A stretch of 64,000 nt of DNA from an uncultured bacterium (GTDB lineage: Bacteria; Patescibacteriota; Minisyncoccia; Phycocordibacterales; DATDWN01): contig CAVSGX010000004.1 of assembly GCA_963727715.1 (NCBI GenBank), positions 8,455 to 72,454 of the forward strand. The letters are read 5' to 3'. Shown here piece by piece: positions 1 to 8,278 of the stretch. A model generated the notes under the pieces. It was not told where the DNA came from, did not search any database, and saw only the letters and a list, made by a program, of their open reading frames with translations. A program made the translations under genes and the position numbers. How positions within the stretch are numbered: position 1 is the stretch's first letter; every line of letters begins with the position of its first letter.

Positions 1-730
1 ATTGTTGGAGAATGTTGATGATGCTGTGGAGAAGAGACCGTTGAATCCGATGACTGTAGATGTGGAGTTGTAACCTGAATTAGAAGTGAATGGAAAGACT
101 TGACCTGACAGTGTTGAAGTGGAAATGGTTTGCACCAGTCCGTTTGATCCGAGGTAGTTAAATCCTTGTGAGAGATTGGAAAGGTAGAGATTGTTGGAGA
201 ATGTTGATGATGCTGTGGAGAAGAGACCGTTGAATCCGATGACTGTTGATGTGGAGTTGTAACCGGTGTTGACGGTGAATGGGAAAGCGAAAGATGATTT
301 GGAGTTGAGTATGGTTTGCAAATCATTTCCGTTCAGTGAGATTGTTCCGGCTAGGAGGTTAGTTGTGCTTGCTGTCAGGAAAGAAGAGTAAACAGTGGAT
401 GATGAGTAGTTAAAGTTCTGCAAGACTGTCCAGGTGTTGGTGTGATTTAGAGCAAGTCCCAAATCCGAAACTGAAGCTGAACCGTTGTATGATGTTCCTG
501 TCAAAGAAGTGTCGTGCGAGAGAGAGTAGAGACTTCCACCAAGTGAGACACCAGAGATGGTGGAGTTGGCTAGAGCGGAGTTAGGTAGATTCAAAGATGA
601 AGTGGCAATAGTCTGAACTAAACCATTTGAACCGAGGTAGCTAAAGCCTTGGGTAAGATTGGAGAGGTAGAGATTGTTGGAGAATGTTGATGATGCTGTG
701 GAGAAGAGACCGTTGAATCCGATGACGGTT
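1..730 (-). repeat. In-frame tandem DNA repeats inside the surface-protein gene (near-identical ~55-nt blocks at 1-55, 189-243, 671-725)
   Basis: The string 'attgttggagaatgttgatgatgctgtggagaagagaccgttgaatccgatgac' recurs three times. Confidence 0.7.
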
Positions 731-2655
731 GAGGTTGAGTTGTAACCGGTGTTGACGGTGAATGGGAATGAAAAATTTTGATAGTCCGTGCCAAGTATGG
801 CCGGAATAACTGAACCGTTGGCATTTGTTTTGAGCAGAGAAGAAGTGATGTTGGTGATGGCTAGGTTTGTGGTGGTGGAATTATTCGCTGACAAATTTGT
901 GATGAAAGCATTTGTTGTTGTGGAATTGTTGACCGACAAATTCACGCTAAACAAATTTGTTGTGGTCGCGGTTGTGCCGGAAGCGGTTTGAAAATTAAGA
1001 TTTTGCACAGTTGTGGAACCTGTCACCAAAAGATCAGCCAGTGTAGTTGACCCAGTCACAGCAAAATTACCGCCGATTGTCTGACCGCTGGTAACAAGAG
1101 AACCAACAGTTAAAGATCCACTAACATTTGCATTGCCAACAACATCAAGCGCGTCTTGCGGTGTGGTTGTGCCAATACCGACATTGCCACCAAATGTTGC
1201 TCCACCACTAAATGTTCCAGAACTGGCGGAAAGGGTTACGACCGACAAGGAATTCGTGTCAATGCTTATCATGTCCTTTATCGAACCCCCGTTTATCGTC
1301 GGCGTATTGATTTGTGTACCAGTCAGCTGATCAATCCGTTGGGTGCCAGCAATTTCATTGTAGATATTGTTTACACTGCCACCACTGCCAGTGGATAATT
1401 GGGCGAACTGAGATGTGATTTTGTTTTCTAGTTCTTGCAGGCGTAAATTTAATTCATCACTTGATATGCCAACCACTGTTGGCTGTGAAATTTTTTCAAT
1501 AATGGTTGTGACTACTTGCTTTGATTGATTCGTTGATTTGGCAAAATTATTTTTCAAAACAATTGGTGTTTGAGATATTTGAGCAATAAACGGAGATTTG
1601 TTTGGTATGACAATGGTTGTAATCTTTGAATTAAATAATTCGGCCAGTGGATTATATATGCCAGAATAGAAAAGATTATTAAAATAATCATAAACATACA
1701 CTCCGGTCCGATCTACCGAGGTAAGAGCTTTGTGTTGTGTGGTTGGAGAAAATACATTGGCGGTCAATTCCTCGGTGCCATTAACCACATTTTTTGTTTC
1801 TGTATTGACAAATGACAATGTGCCGACAGAATTGGAAACAAAAGAAAAAGTTTTAAAATAGGCTAGACTCAACTGACTGCCGGAAAAAGATAAGCTGTTG
1901 TCAACTAAACTTCTTTCAGTTTTAGAAAAACCGATTATGTTATTGACAACATAGAGAGGAGGATTTTTAACAAAAATTTTAGCCCCATCGGTTAACGCTG
2001 AGCTAGAGTTTATAATAAAATCTCCGGCAAAAATAAGATTTTTTGATAATTTGTCAGAGTAAAAATTTGTCAGACCATTTAGACTTCTGTACAAAATAAA
2101 AGGCGAATCTGAAATATCCTTTGAAATTTCCGGATAATTTGCCAATAGATTACTTGATGCTTTTGAAACAACTCTGGCTACAGAGTTAGATATCTTGGAT
2201 GCATCGGAAGCAAGATTTGCAATTTGATTTTTTGTGGAAAAAGCCCCAATTATCAAAACCAAAAACAAAAAAGCGGTGATGATTTTGTTTGAAAGATTTA
2301 GATTGTAGGAGAATATTCTATTGTGAGATCTCTTGACATATTTTGGTAATCCAGATTTCCCGAATGAAGGTAAAACGGGTATGCTGGGTAATTTCTCAAT
2401 TATTTTCTTTTGGTAAGATACCGCTTTCCTGGGTTTTTTGGGAAGAATTTGCAATTCGGACAAGGATTCTGCGCCAAAATTTTTATAATTGATGATAGAT
2501 TCCTTGTTCACATACCATGTGTGACCAATCTTCTTAGCATCAATTTTATCTGACCTGCAAAGTTGCCCAATGTAGTCACTTGTGTACGAAGTGATTAGGG
2601 CTGCATCTTTTGCAGAAATGTATTTTTTATTTTCAAAAAATAATTCAGAACTCAT
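1..2655 (-). CDS. Partial (C-terminus beyond window start) giant fibrous surface protein: N-terminal excisionase/MerR-like HTH (HTH_17-like) motif, one TM helix, then long Ser/Thr/Asn/Gly-rich tandem repeats (tail-fiber-like, 'GNVGIGTTTPQDALDV' motif)
   Basis: The frame is open on the minus strand from the ATG at 2655 to position 1, so the track (complete ORFs only) omits it. N-terminus 'YISAKDAALITSYTSDYIGQLCRSDKIDAKKIGHTWYV'. Hydrophobic segment 'IITAFLFLVLIIGAF'. The 38-aa unit 'FPFTVNTGYNSTSTVIGFNGLFSTASSTFSNNLYLSNL' repeats three times. Confidence 0.55.
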   Translation of the reverse strand, partial: MSSELFFENKKYISAKDAALITSYTSDYIGQLCRSDKIDAKKIGHTWYVNKESIINYKNFGAESLSELQILPKKPRKAVSYQKKIIEKLPSIPVLPSFGKSGLPKYVKRSHNRIFSYNLNLSNKIITAFLFLVLIIGAFSTKNQIANLASDASKISNSVARVVSKASSNLLANYPEISKDISDSPFILYRSLNGLTNFYSDKLSKNLIFAGDFIINSSSALTDGAKIFVKNPPLYVVNNIIGFSKTERSLVDNSLSFSGSQLSLAYFKTFSFVSNSVGTLSFVNTETKNVVNGTEELTANVFSPTTQHKALTSVDRTGVYVYDYFNNLFYSGIYNPLAELFNSKITTIVIPNKSPFIAQISQTPIVLKNNFAKSTNQSKQVVTTIIEKISQPTVVGISSDELNLRLQELENKITSQFAQLSTGSGGSVNNIYNEIAGTQRIDQLTGTQINTPTINGGSIKDMISIDTNSLSVVTLSASSGTFSGGATFGGNVGIGTTTPQDALDVVGNANVSGSLTVGSLVTSGQTIGGNFAVTGSTTLADLLVTGSTTVQNLNFQTASGTTATTTNLFSVNLSVNNSTTTNAFITNLSANNSTTTNLAITNITSSLLKTNANGSVIPAILGTDYQNFSFPFTVNTGYNSTSTVIGFNGLFSTASSTFSNNLYLSNLTQGFSYLGSNGLVQTIATSSLNLPNSALANSTISGVSLGGSLYSLSHDTSLTGTSYNGSASVSDLGLALNHTNTWTVLQNFNYSSSTVYSSFLTASTTNLLAGTISLNGNDLQTILNSKSSFAFPFTVNTGYNSTSTVIGFNGLFSTASSTFSNNLYLSNLSQGFNYLGSNGLVQTISTSTLSGQVFPFTSNSGYNSTSTVIGFNGLFSTASSTFSNN

Positions 2656-3173
2656 CCACTAAATTATACAATTTTTTATCATCCGAGAATACAAAAAACT
2701 GTGGATAAATAAAGATATATCGGATAATCTCGGCAAAACGAGTTTATCAATTTTTTTATCAAATTTTATCTAAAATTTTTCCAAATTTTAACCTATTTTA
2801 CGAACCGACAAAAAGAGCCCTTTGGATCAACCTAAAATGATATTCTCGGATCTTCTCGGCATTCTAAATGACCCAAACCTTGTCAAGTTTTAGTCAAAAT
2901 TCTAATAGATTTATCAAATAAAGACATTTTTGTGGTCAAAAACCCTATAAACACTTGTTGATATTTGCCAATTGATATATAATTAATATGTAAAGGTTAT
3001 TTTGAGATGAAAAATGTCTGAATTATTTTTCAATTAACAAATAAAAAACTTTAAAAATGTTTTTAATCTAATTTTTACAGAGTTGTTAGATAAGAACATT
3101 TGTATTCTTTCTTATTATTTAATATCATGTATAATATAGTTTAGTAAGGTTTATAAATGTTAACAAATAGAAT

Positions 3174-3419
3174 ATGGCTAATTTATATATTACAATTAAA
3201 CAAGCTTCAAAAATTTTAGGTGTGTCAGCTATTACTCTTCGCAATTGGGATAAAAACGGTAAACTCAAGGCCCACCGCCACCCAATGAACAACTATAGGG
3301 TCTATAAGATTGAGGATCTAGAGAAGGTTATACAGGAAATTGAGACTAATGCCGGTTTGCGTAAAAGCACTAAACAACAAATCCATAAACTTATTGTCAA
3401 ACACCTGGAAGAAGAATGA
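3174..3419 (+). CDS. Small excisionase/MerR-like HTH DNA-binding protein (HTH_17 family)
   Basis: 'IKQASKILGVSAITLRNWDKNGKLKAHR...YRVYKIEDLEKV' fits the HTH_17 pattern. It is divergent from the surface-protein gene. Confidence 0.6.
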   Translation: MANLYITIKQASKILGVSAITLRNWDKNGKLKAHRHPMNNYRVYKIEDLEKVIQEIETNAGLRKSTKQQIHKLIVKHLEEE

Positions 3420-3440
3420 TGAATAACTGAGCCAACACAT

Positions 3441-3476
3441 ACAAAAAATACCGCCTAGGCGGTATTTTTTGTTTTG
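3441..3476. terminator. Bidirectional rho-independent terminator between convergent genes
   Basis: Hairpin 'aataccgcctaggcggtatt' has an A-tract on one side and a T-tract on the other. It lies between the HTH gene end (3419) and the gatB end (3486). Confidence 0.6.
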
Positions 3477-3485
3477 TCATTTGTC

Positions 3486-4910
3486 TTACTTATTCAATAT
3501 TTCCAAGATGATCTTTTTCAAAATCTCCGGGTTAGCGCTACCTTTGCTTGCTTTCATCCCCTGCCCCACAAAAAACTGCAGAACCGATTCTTTACCGGAT
3601 TTATAATCGGCAACCACTTTTGGGTTTTCTAAAATTATTTCTTTTATTATTTTATTTAATTCTTCTGAATCATTTTTCTGAATTAAATTTTTCTCTTTGA
3701 CAATTTGTTCTGGCTTCCCACCAGATTCAAACATCATTTTCAAAATATCTTTGACCCCGCGAGAAGAAATATTTCCTTTCTTTTGCATTAAAATAAGTTG
3801 TTTAAAAGTAGTCGGAGTCACTTTACCGAAATCAAAATTACTTTCTCCAAAAGATTTTGAAAGACCCAATAAGTCGGATGTAATGTAGTTTGAAAAAGTT
3901 TGTAAAATATTTTTATCGGATATTCCTGTGGTTGCCTCTTCAAAAAACGTCGCTACTTTCGGGTTGTTGATGTAGACTTCCACATCTTCTTTTTTCAACC
4001 CTAAATCAGTCTCAAATCTTTTTCTTTTTTGCCATGGCAGTTCCGGCAATTCAGCTTTTAATTTTGCAATAGAAAATTCCGGTATTTCTGAAATGATTAA
4101 TTTTGGCAGATCCGGTTCCGGAAAATATCTGTAATCATGAGCAGATTCTTTTGATCGTTGGGAAAAAGTAATGCCTTTATTTTCATCAAAACCGCGAGTT
4201 TCTTGAACGACTTTTTCTCCCCTCTGAAGAAGAGATTTCTGTCTTTCAAATTCATATTCCACAGCCCGGCCTGCAGACCTAAAAGAGTTTATATTTTTAA
4301 CCTCTACTTTTGTGCCGAAAATATCAGAGTTTGAAATGGAAATATTTACTTCCACTCGCATTTCACCTTTTTCCATATTGGCGTCGGAAACTTGTAGGTA
4401 CTGTAGAAGCAATTGTAATTCTTGAGCAAACTTCATCACCTCTTCGGCTGAATGAATAACCGGTTCAGTTACCAGTTCTAGGAGTGGCACGCCGGCTCTG
4501 TTGTAGTCTACCAAACTGATATCCTTTGTATCGTGACTGGACCTGGCTGTATCTTCTTCAAGGTGGACGCGAGTCAACTTCACCCCGCATAGTCCCCCAC
4601 CGGAAACCAAAGGATATTTATACTGGCTGATTTGATAGCCTTTCGGTATATCCGGATAAAAATAATTCTTGCGATCAAACTCGGTAAAATCAGCCAAGTC
4701 GCTGCCGAGAGCTACGCCAACAAGCAAAACTTTTTTGACCGCCGATTTATTTATAACCGGCAAGGTGCCGGGATAACCCATACATATCGGACAAATATTT
4801 ATATTAGGTTCTTTCTCGTCCGGCACATTCAGACAACCACAAAACATCTTGGTTTTTGTCTTCAGTTCGGCGTGAATTTCCAGCCCAATAGTTATTTTGT
4901 AATCCTCCAT
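3486..4910 (-). CDS. gatB: Asp-tRNA(Asn)/Glu-tRNA(Gln) amidotransferase subunit B
   Basis: The N-terminus 'YKITIGLEIHAELKTKTKMFCGC' and the overall length are typical of GatB. Confidence 0.9.
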   Translation of the reverse strand: MEDYKITIGLEIHAELKTKTKMFCGCLNVPDEKEPNINICPICMGYPGTLPVINKSAVKKVLLVGVALGSDLADFTEFDRKNYFYPDIPKGYQISQYKYPLVSGGGLCGVKLTRVHLEEDTARSSHDTKDISLVDYNRAGVPLLELVTEPVIHSAEEVMKFAQELQLLLQYLQVSDANMEKGEMRVEVNISISNSDIFGTKVEVKNINSFRSAGRAVEYEFERQKSLLQRGEKVVQETRGFDENKGITFSQRSKESAHDYRYFPEPDLPKLIISEIPEFSIAKLKAELPELPWQKRKRFETDLGLKKEDVEVYINNPKVATFFEEATTGISDKNILQTFSNYITSDLLGLSKSFGESNFDFGKVTPTTFKQLILMQKKGNISSRGVKDILKMMFESGGKPEQIVKEKNLIQKNDSEELNKIIKEIILENPKVVADYKSGKESVLQFFVGQGMKASKGSANPEILKKIILEILNK

Positions 4911-4921
4911 ATGGAGTTATA

Positions 4922-5890
4922 TTACATTTTTTTCAAAATTTTTACCAGGTTTTCAGAAAGTTCTTTGACTGATTTATCGTCCAAAATAGAGACACCAAGA
5001 ACCGTCTTTTTTTGTTTTTCAAAAAGTTTCTGTCTAGCTTTAAGAGTCTTTTCGTCTATCAGATCTGTTTTGGTCAATAAAATGACCTCTGGTTTGTTCA
5101 AAAGCTCTTTATCATAAGCGTTTAATTCATCCTTTATCGTTTTATAAGCCGTTAAGGAGTCGTCAAATCCGCATGAAATGCAGTGTAGGAGCATCTTAGT
5201 GCGCGAAATATGTCTTAAAAACTTGTGGCCAAGCCCCTTTCCTTCCCCAGCACCTTCAATTAGACCCGGGATATCAGCAATAATATACCCATAAAGATTA
5301 CCGAGGTTTGGTGTGAGTGTGGTAAATTGATAACTGCCAACTTTGGCATTGGCATTTGTAATTGAATTGAGTAAACTGGACTTACCAGCATTTGGAAACC
5401 CTACTAAACCTATATCAACAATCATTTTTAACTCAATAAAGAATTGACCACTTTGACCATCTTTACCAAGGGTTCTTTCTTTAGGATTGATATTTTTTGA
5501 GCCCTTGAAATGAGCATTACCGTAACCACCATTGCCACCTTTCAAAAAGAATATTGGTTTTTCTGTCAACACCTCAATCTCGTCACCCATTTCGGTATTC
5601 TTTAAAACACTACCAAGCGGTAATTCCAGTATTAAATCATTCCCTGCCGCTCCATGCATACAATCACTTTTGCCGTTTTCACCATTTTCGGCCTTAAAAT
5701 CCTTTATGAAGCGATAGGCTGAGAGACGAGCAATATCTTGAACGCCCTTCAAATAAACATCACCGCCACGACCACCATCACCTCCACCCGGCCCGGCGTG
5801 ATCAATACCTTTGGTGTGCATCCAAGACACTACGCCGTCGCCACCGCGACCGGCAGATATATTAAGAGTTATCTCATCAATAAAAGCCAT
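4922..5890 (-). CDS. obg: GTPase Obg/CgtA
   Basis: Glycine-rich Obg fold 'GGRGGDGV...GGPGGGDGGRGGDV' and the G1 motif 'GFPNAGKSSLL'. Confidence 0.9.
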   Translation of the reverse strand: MAFIDEITLNISAGRGGDGVVSWMHTKGIDHAGPGGGDGGRGGDVYLKGVQDIARLSAYRFIKDFKAENGENGKSDCMHGAAGNDLILELPLGSVLKNTEMGDEIEVLTEKPIFFLKGGNGGYGNAHFKGSKNINPKERTLGKDGQSGQFFIELKMIVDIGLVGFPNAGKSSLLNSITNANAKVGSYQFTTLTPNLGNLYGYIIADIPGLIEGAGEGKGLGHKFLRHISRTKMLLHCISCGFDDSLTAYKTIKDELNAYDKELLNKPEVILLTKTDLIDEKTLKARQKLFEKQKKTVLGVSILDDKSVKELSENLVKILKKM

Positions 5891-5966
5891 GGAAACACTC
5901 TAACAGAAAAACAGACAAAAAGAAAACTCTTTTTAAGAGTTCATGGATTTTAAAAACGAAATAGAA

Positions 5967-6518
5967 TTAGTGACTGGTTTTTTTATCGTGTTTGTAATAA
6001 ATAAATTTCAGTGCAATTATATAAGCGAAAACAGTAAACGACATAAACGGTATGGTAATGTATGAATATTCCAAAACAAATACCTTGGCACAGGCGCTAC
6101 CTACCGCGGTGCAAGCGAAAAGCGAACCGCCAAAACCCCACTGGACAATTGATTGGTAGAGAGAAATAATCGCTCCGAGAATGGAGAGTGGTACAAGATA
6201 GTCAATTATCCCTTTATCTTTACGACGCATTGCCACAAAAAGTATGATGGCTTGAGGATACATAAAAATGCGTTGCCACCAGCAAAGATCACATGGCGGG
6301 AAGCCGATAATATTTGAATAAACTAAAGAGCCGACAACAGCAGATAACACAGCCCAAAAAAGAAGTTCCAAAATATATTTGTGAACGAAAGCCGAAAGAC
6401 GCACTCGTGTGCCGGCGTGAACAAGCATAGCGATCAAAACTCCGACAAAAATAATGTTTGAAAGTAAAGTTAAAAATCCGATAATCGGCGTGGCGTTTGT
6501 TTGGATAAATGTAATCAT
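5967..6518 (-). CDS. Disulfide bond formation protein B-like membrane oxidoreductase (DsbB/BdbC family)
   Basis: Multi-TM protein with 'PPCDLCWWQR' and a second Cys pair. Confidence 0.55.
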   Translation of the reverse strand: MITFIQTNATPIIGFLTLLSNIIFVGVLIAMLVHAGTRVRLSAFVHKYILELLFWAVLSAVVGSLVYSNIIGFPPCDLCWWQRIFMYPQAIILFVAMRRKDKGIIDYLVPLSILGAIISLYQSIVQWGFGGSLFACTAVGSACAKVFVLEYSYITIPFMSFTVFAYIIALKFIYYKHDKKTSH

Positions 6519-6522
6519 ATTT

Positions 6523-6900
6523 TTATTGTGGCAATGGACACCCTGTTTTTTGAGTAAGATCGGAAAGTTGTTCTACACCTGGTGTTGTGCTGGTTGAGTT
6601 TGGAAATTGCCAAGTTGGGTATTCAACAATTCCTTTGTCCTTGCAAGCTTGGGTCTGACTCTGACCATCTGGAGTAGAACATTCTACGTAAGGAAGCAGG
6701 TGTACAGATGAACCAAACATAGCTTTCTGTTCCTGACAGTGTGGACACCAGAAAGCACCGTAAAAAACCGCCCCACTGTTTTTAATACAAGTGGCAAAGC
6801 TGTCATATTTCCCAACCGTCACCCTCGGCGGAGCAACAATAATATAGACAACACCAACCAAAACAACCAAACCAATTAAAATATAAAGAATTTTTTTCAT
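6523..6900 (-). CDS. Membrane-anchored thioredoxin-fold protein (DsbA/BdbD-like thiol:disulfide oxidoreductase)
   Basis: N-terminal TM helix and a 'WCPHC' active-site motif. It is adjacent to the DsbB-like gene. Confidence 0.55.
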   Translation of the reverse strand: MKKILYILIGLVVLVGVVYIIVAPPRVTVGKYDSFATCIKNSGAVFYGAFWCPHCQEQKAMFGSSVHLLPYVECSTPDGQSQTQACKDKGIVEYPTWQFPNSTSTTPGVEQLSDLTQKTGCPLPQ

Positions 6901-6960
6901 ATAAATATATTATAATAACGTGCCATTTATAGTAGCACACCTAAAAATTATTTCCATTAT

Positions 6961-7599
6961 TTAAATGAGATTCCATTCTAAAATTAGACTGGTTTTTCTG
7001 CTGGACTCGGCTACCAAGTCTATTGAATCTACGGTGAACTTCTCCACACTAAGCATAAAAGATATTTTATCTATTATTTGGCCCATAGAGTTTTTCTTGT
7101 CCGGCAGAAAACCCAGAGTGATGTGGGGTTTGAAATCGGTTACATACGGATTGCCGTATTTTTTCAAACTTTCCACCTGCTTTTGATTAAGCTGAGAAAT
7201 TCTTTTTTCATAATCTGGATCAAGACGATCCCCTTTAAAAGGCTCTACGGCAGCCAAAATTTTCTTCTGCAACCTGTCCAAATCAGGATTGTTTTTTATT
7301 TCCACATATAAAAGCCCAAAAGAGAAAGATTTCATTTCGGAAATCTGACATTCAATTTTTGGCTGGCTAACTAAAATTTCGTCTAGAGCGATTTTGATTT
7401 TCTCCACATTGCCGGTCGGCACCGAAAGATCATAGAAATTAAGATGGGGTTTCAGATGGTCGGAGTAAGCCATGCCGGCCGACAGTTCACGAACTAGATA
7501 GTTGTTTATTTTCTTCAAATCAAAAAACAAAGCTGAATTTTCTTTAATCACAGCCGACACGCCAAGCCATTTGTAATTCGGGTCTATTTCATTTTTCAT
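6961..7599 (-). CDS. 2H phosphoesterase superfamily protein (LigT-like 2'-5' RNA ligase)
   Basis: 'KPHITLGF' is an H-x-T-x motif; the upstream 'HLKPHLNF' is a degenerate first motif. Confidence 0.4.
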   Translation of the reverse strand: MKNEIDPNYKWLGVSAVIKENSALFFDLKKINNYLVRELSAGMAYSDHLKPHLNFYDLSVPTGNVEKIKIALDEILVSQPKIECQISEMKSFSFGLLYVEIKNNPDLDRLQKKILAAVEPFKGDRLDPDYEKRISQLNQKQVESLKKYGNPYVTDFKPHITLGFLPDKKNSMGQIIDKISFMLSVEKFTVDSIDLVAESSRKTSLILEWNLI

Positions 7600-7605
7600 T
7601 TTGAA

Positions 7606-8277
7606 TCATTTTATGATTTCTATAATTTTATGACCTTTATGATAACCACCATTTTTGTCACCATCCAGTGTGTTGAAAATTTCAAACGGAGTCAAACCAA
7701 CAGACGGTTCTTCTTTTTTATTTTTATCGTCGTCGTGAAATAAAATTTCGTCAGACAATGGATATAATTTGTAGTCATATCTTGTTTTTTTAATTCTTAA
7801 TGTCTTTCCGTTATGAATCACAAAATAAATTGATCCGTTCTCTGTTCTGAAGACGTACAAAAATCTGTCCTTAACACCTATCAGCTTTTCAATGAATTTT
7901 TCGTATAACTTATGAGCATCTTCAAACATCTTGGCAGTTCCACTGAATTTATCCTCAATACGCTGTAAATCACTTTTAAAAACTTCAACCATTGACAACA
8001 ATTCCGATTCTTCCAAAAAATTTACTGCTTCAAATTTATTTCCTTCTTCAACTTCTTCCCAAAAATAATATGGCTCATCGGGCAGTTGGGAAGGCTCGTT
8101 AACATTATACTTTTCAAGAATTTTCCATCTGGAATCCCACCCCGGGCCAGGGCCTTTTTCCGGCGTGTGGTGCGAAAAAAACTGCCGTAAAGTATAGCCA
8201 CTAAAAACTTTGCGGTACTTTACACCATCAACAATTCTCTCCTCATTTCCTTGAATAAATTGTGGTTCTTTTTCCAT
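7606..8277 (-). CDS. Hypothetical protein (start uncertain; longest ORF reaches 8382 and overlaps the secA end)
   Basis: The frame is open. In-frame Met codons sit at 8290 and 8277, next to the secA stop at 8279. Confidence 0.4.
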   Translation of the reverse strand: MEKEPQFIQGNEERIVDGVKYRKVFSGYTLRQFFSHHTPEKGPGPGWDSRWKILEKYNVNEPSQLPDEPYYFWEEVEEGNKFEAVNFLEESELLSMVEVFKSDLQRIEDKFSGTAKMFEDAHKLYEKFIEKLIGVKDRFLYVFRTENGSIYFVIHNGKTLRIKKTRYDYKLYPLSDEILFHDDDKNKKEEPSVGLTPFEIFNTLDGDKNGGYHKGHKIIEIIK

Positions 8278-8278
8278 A

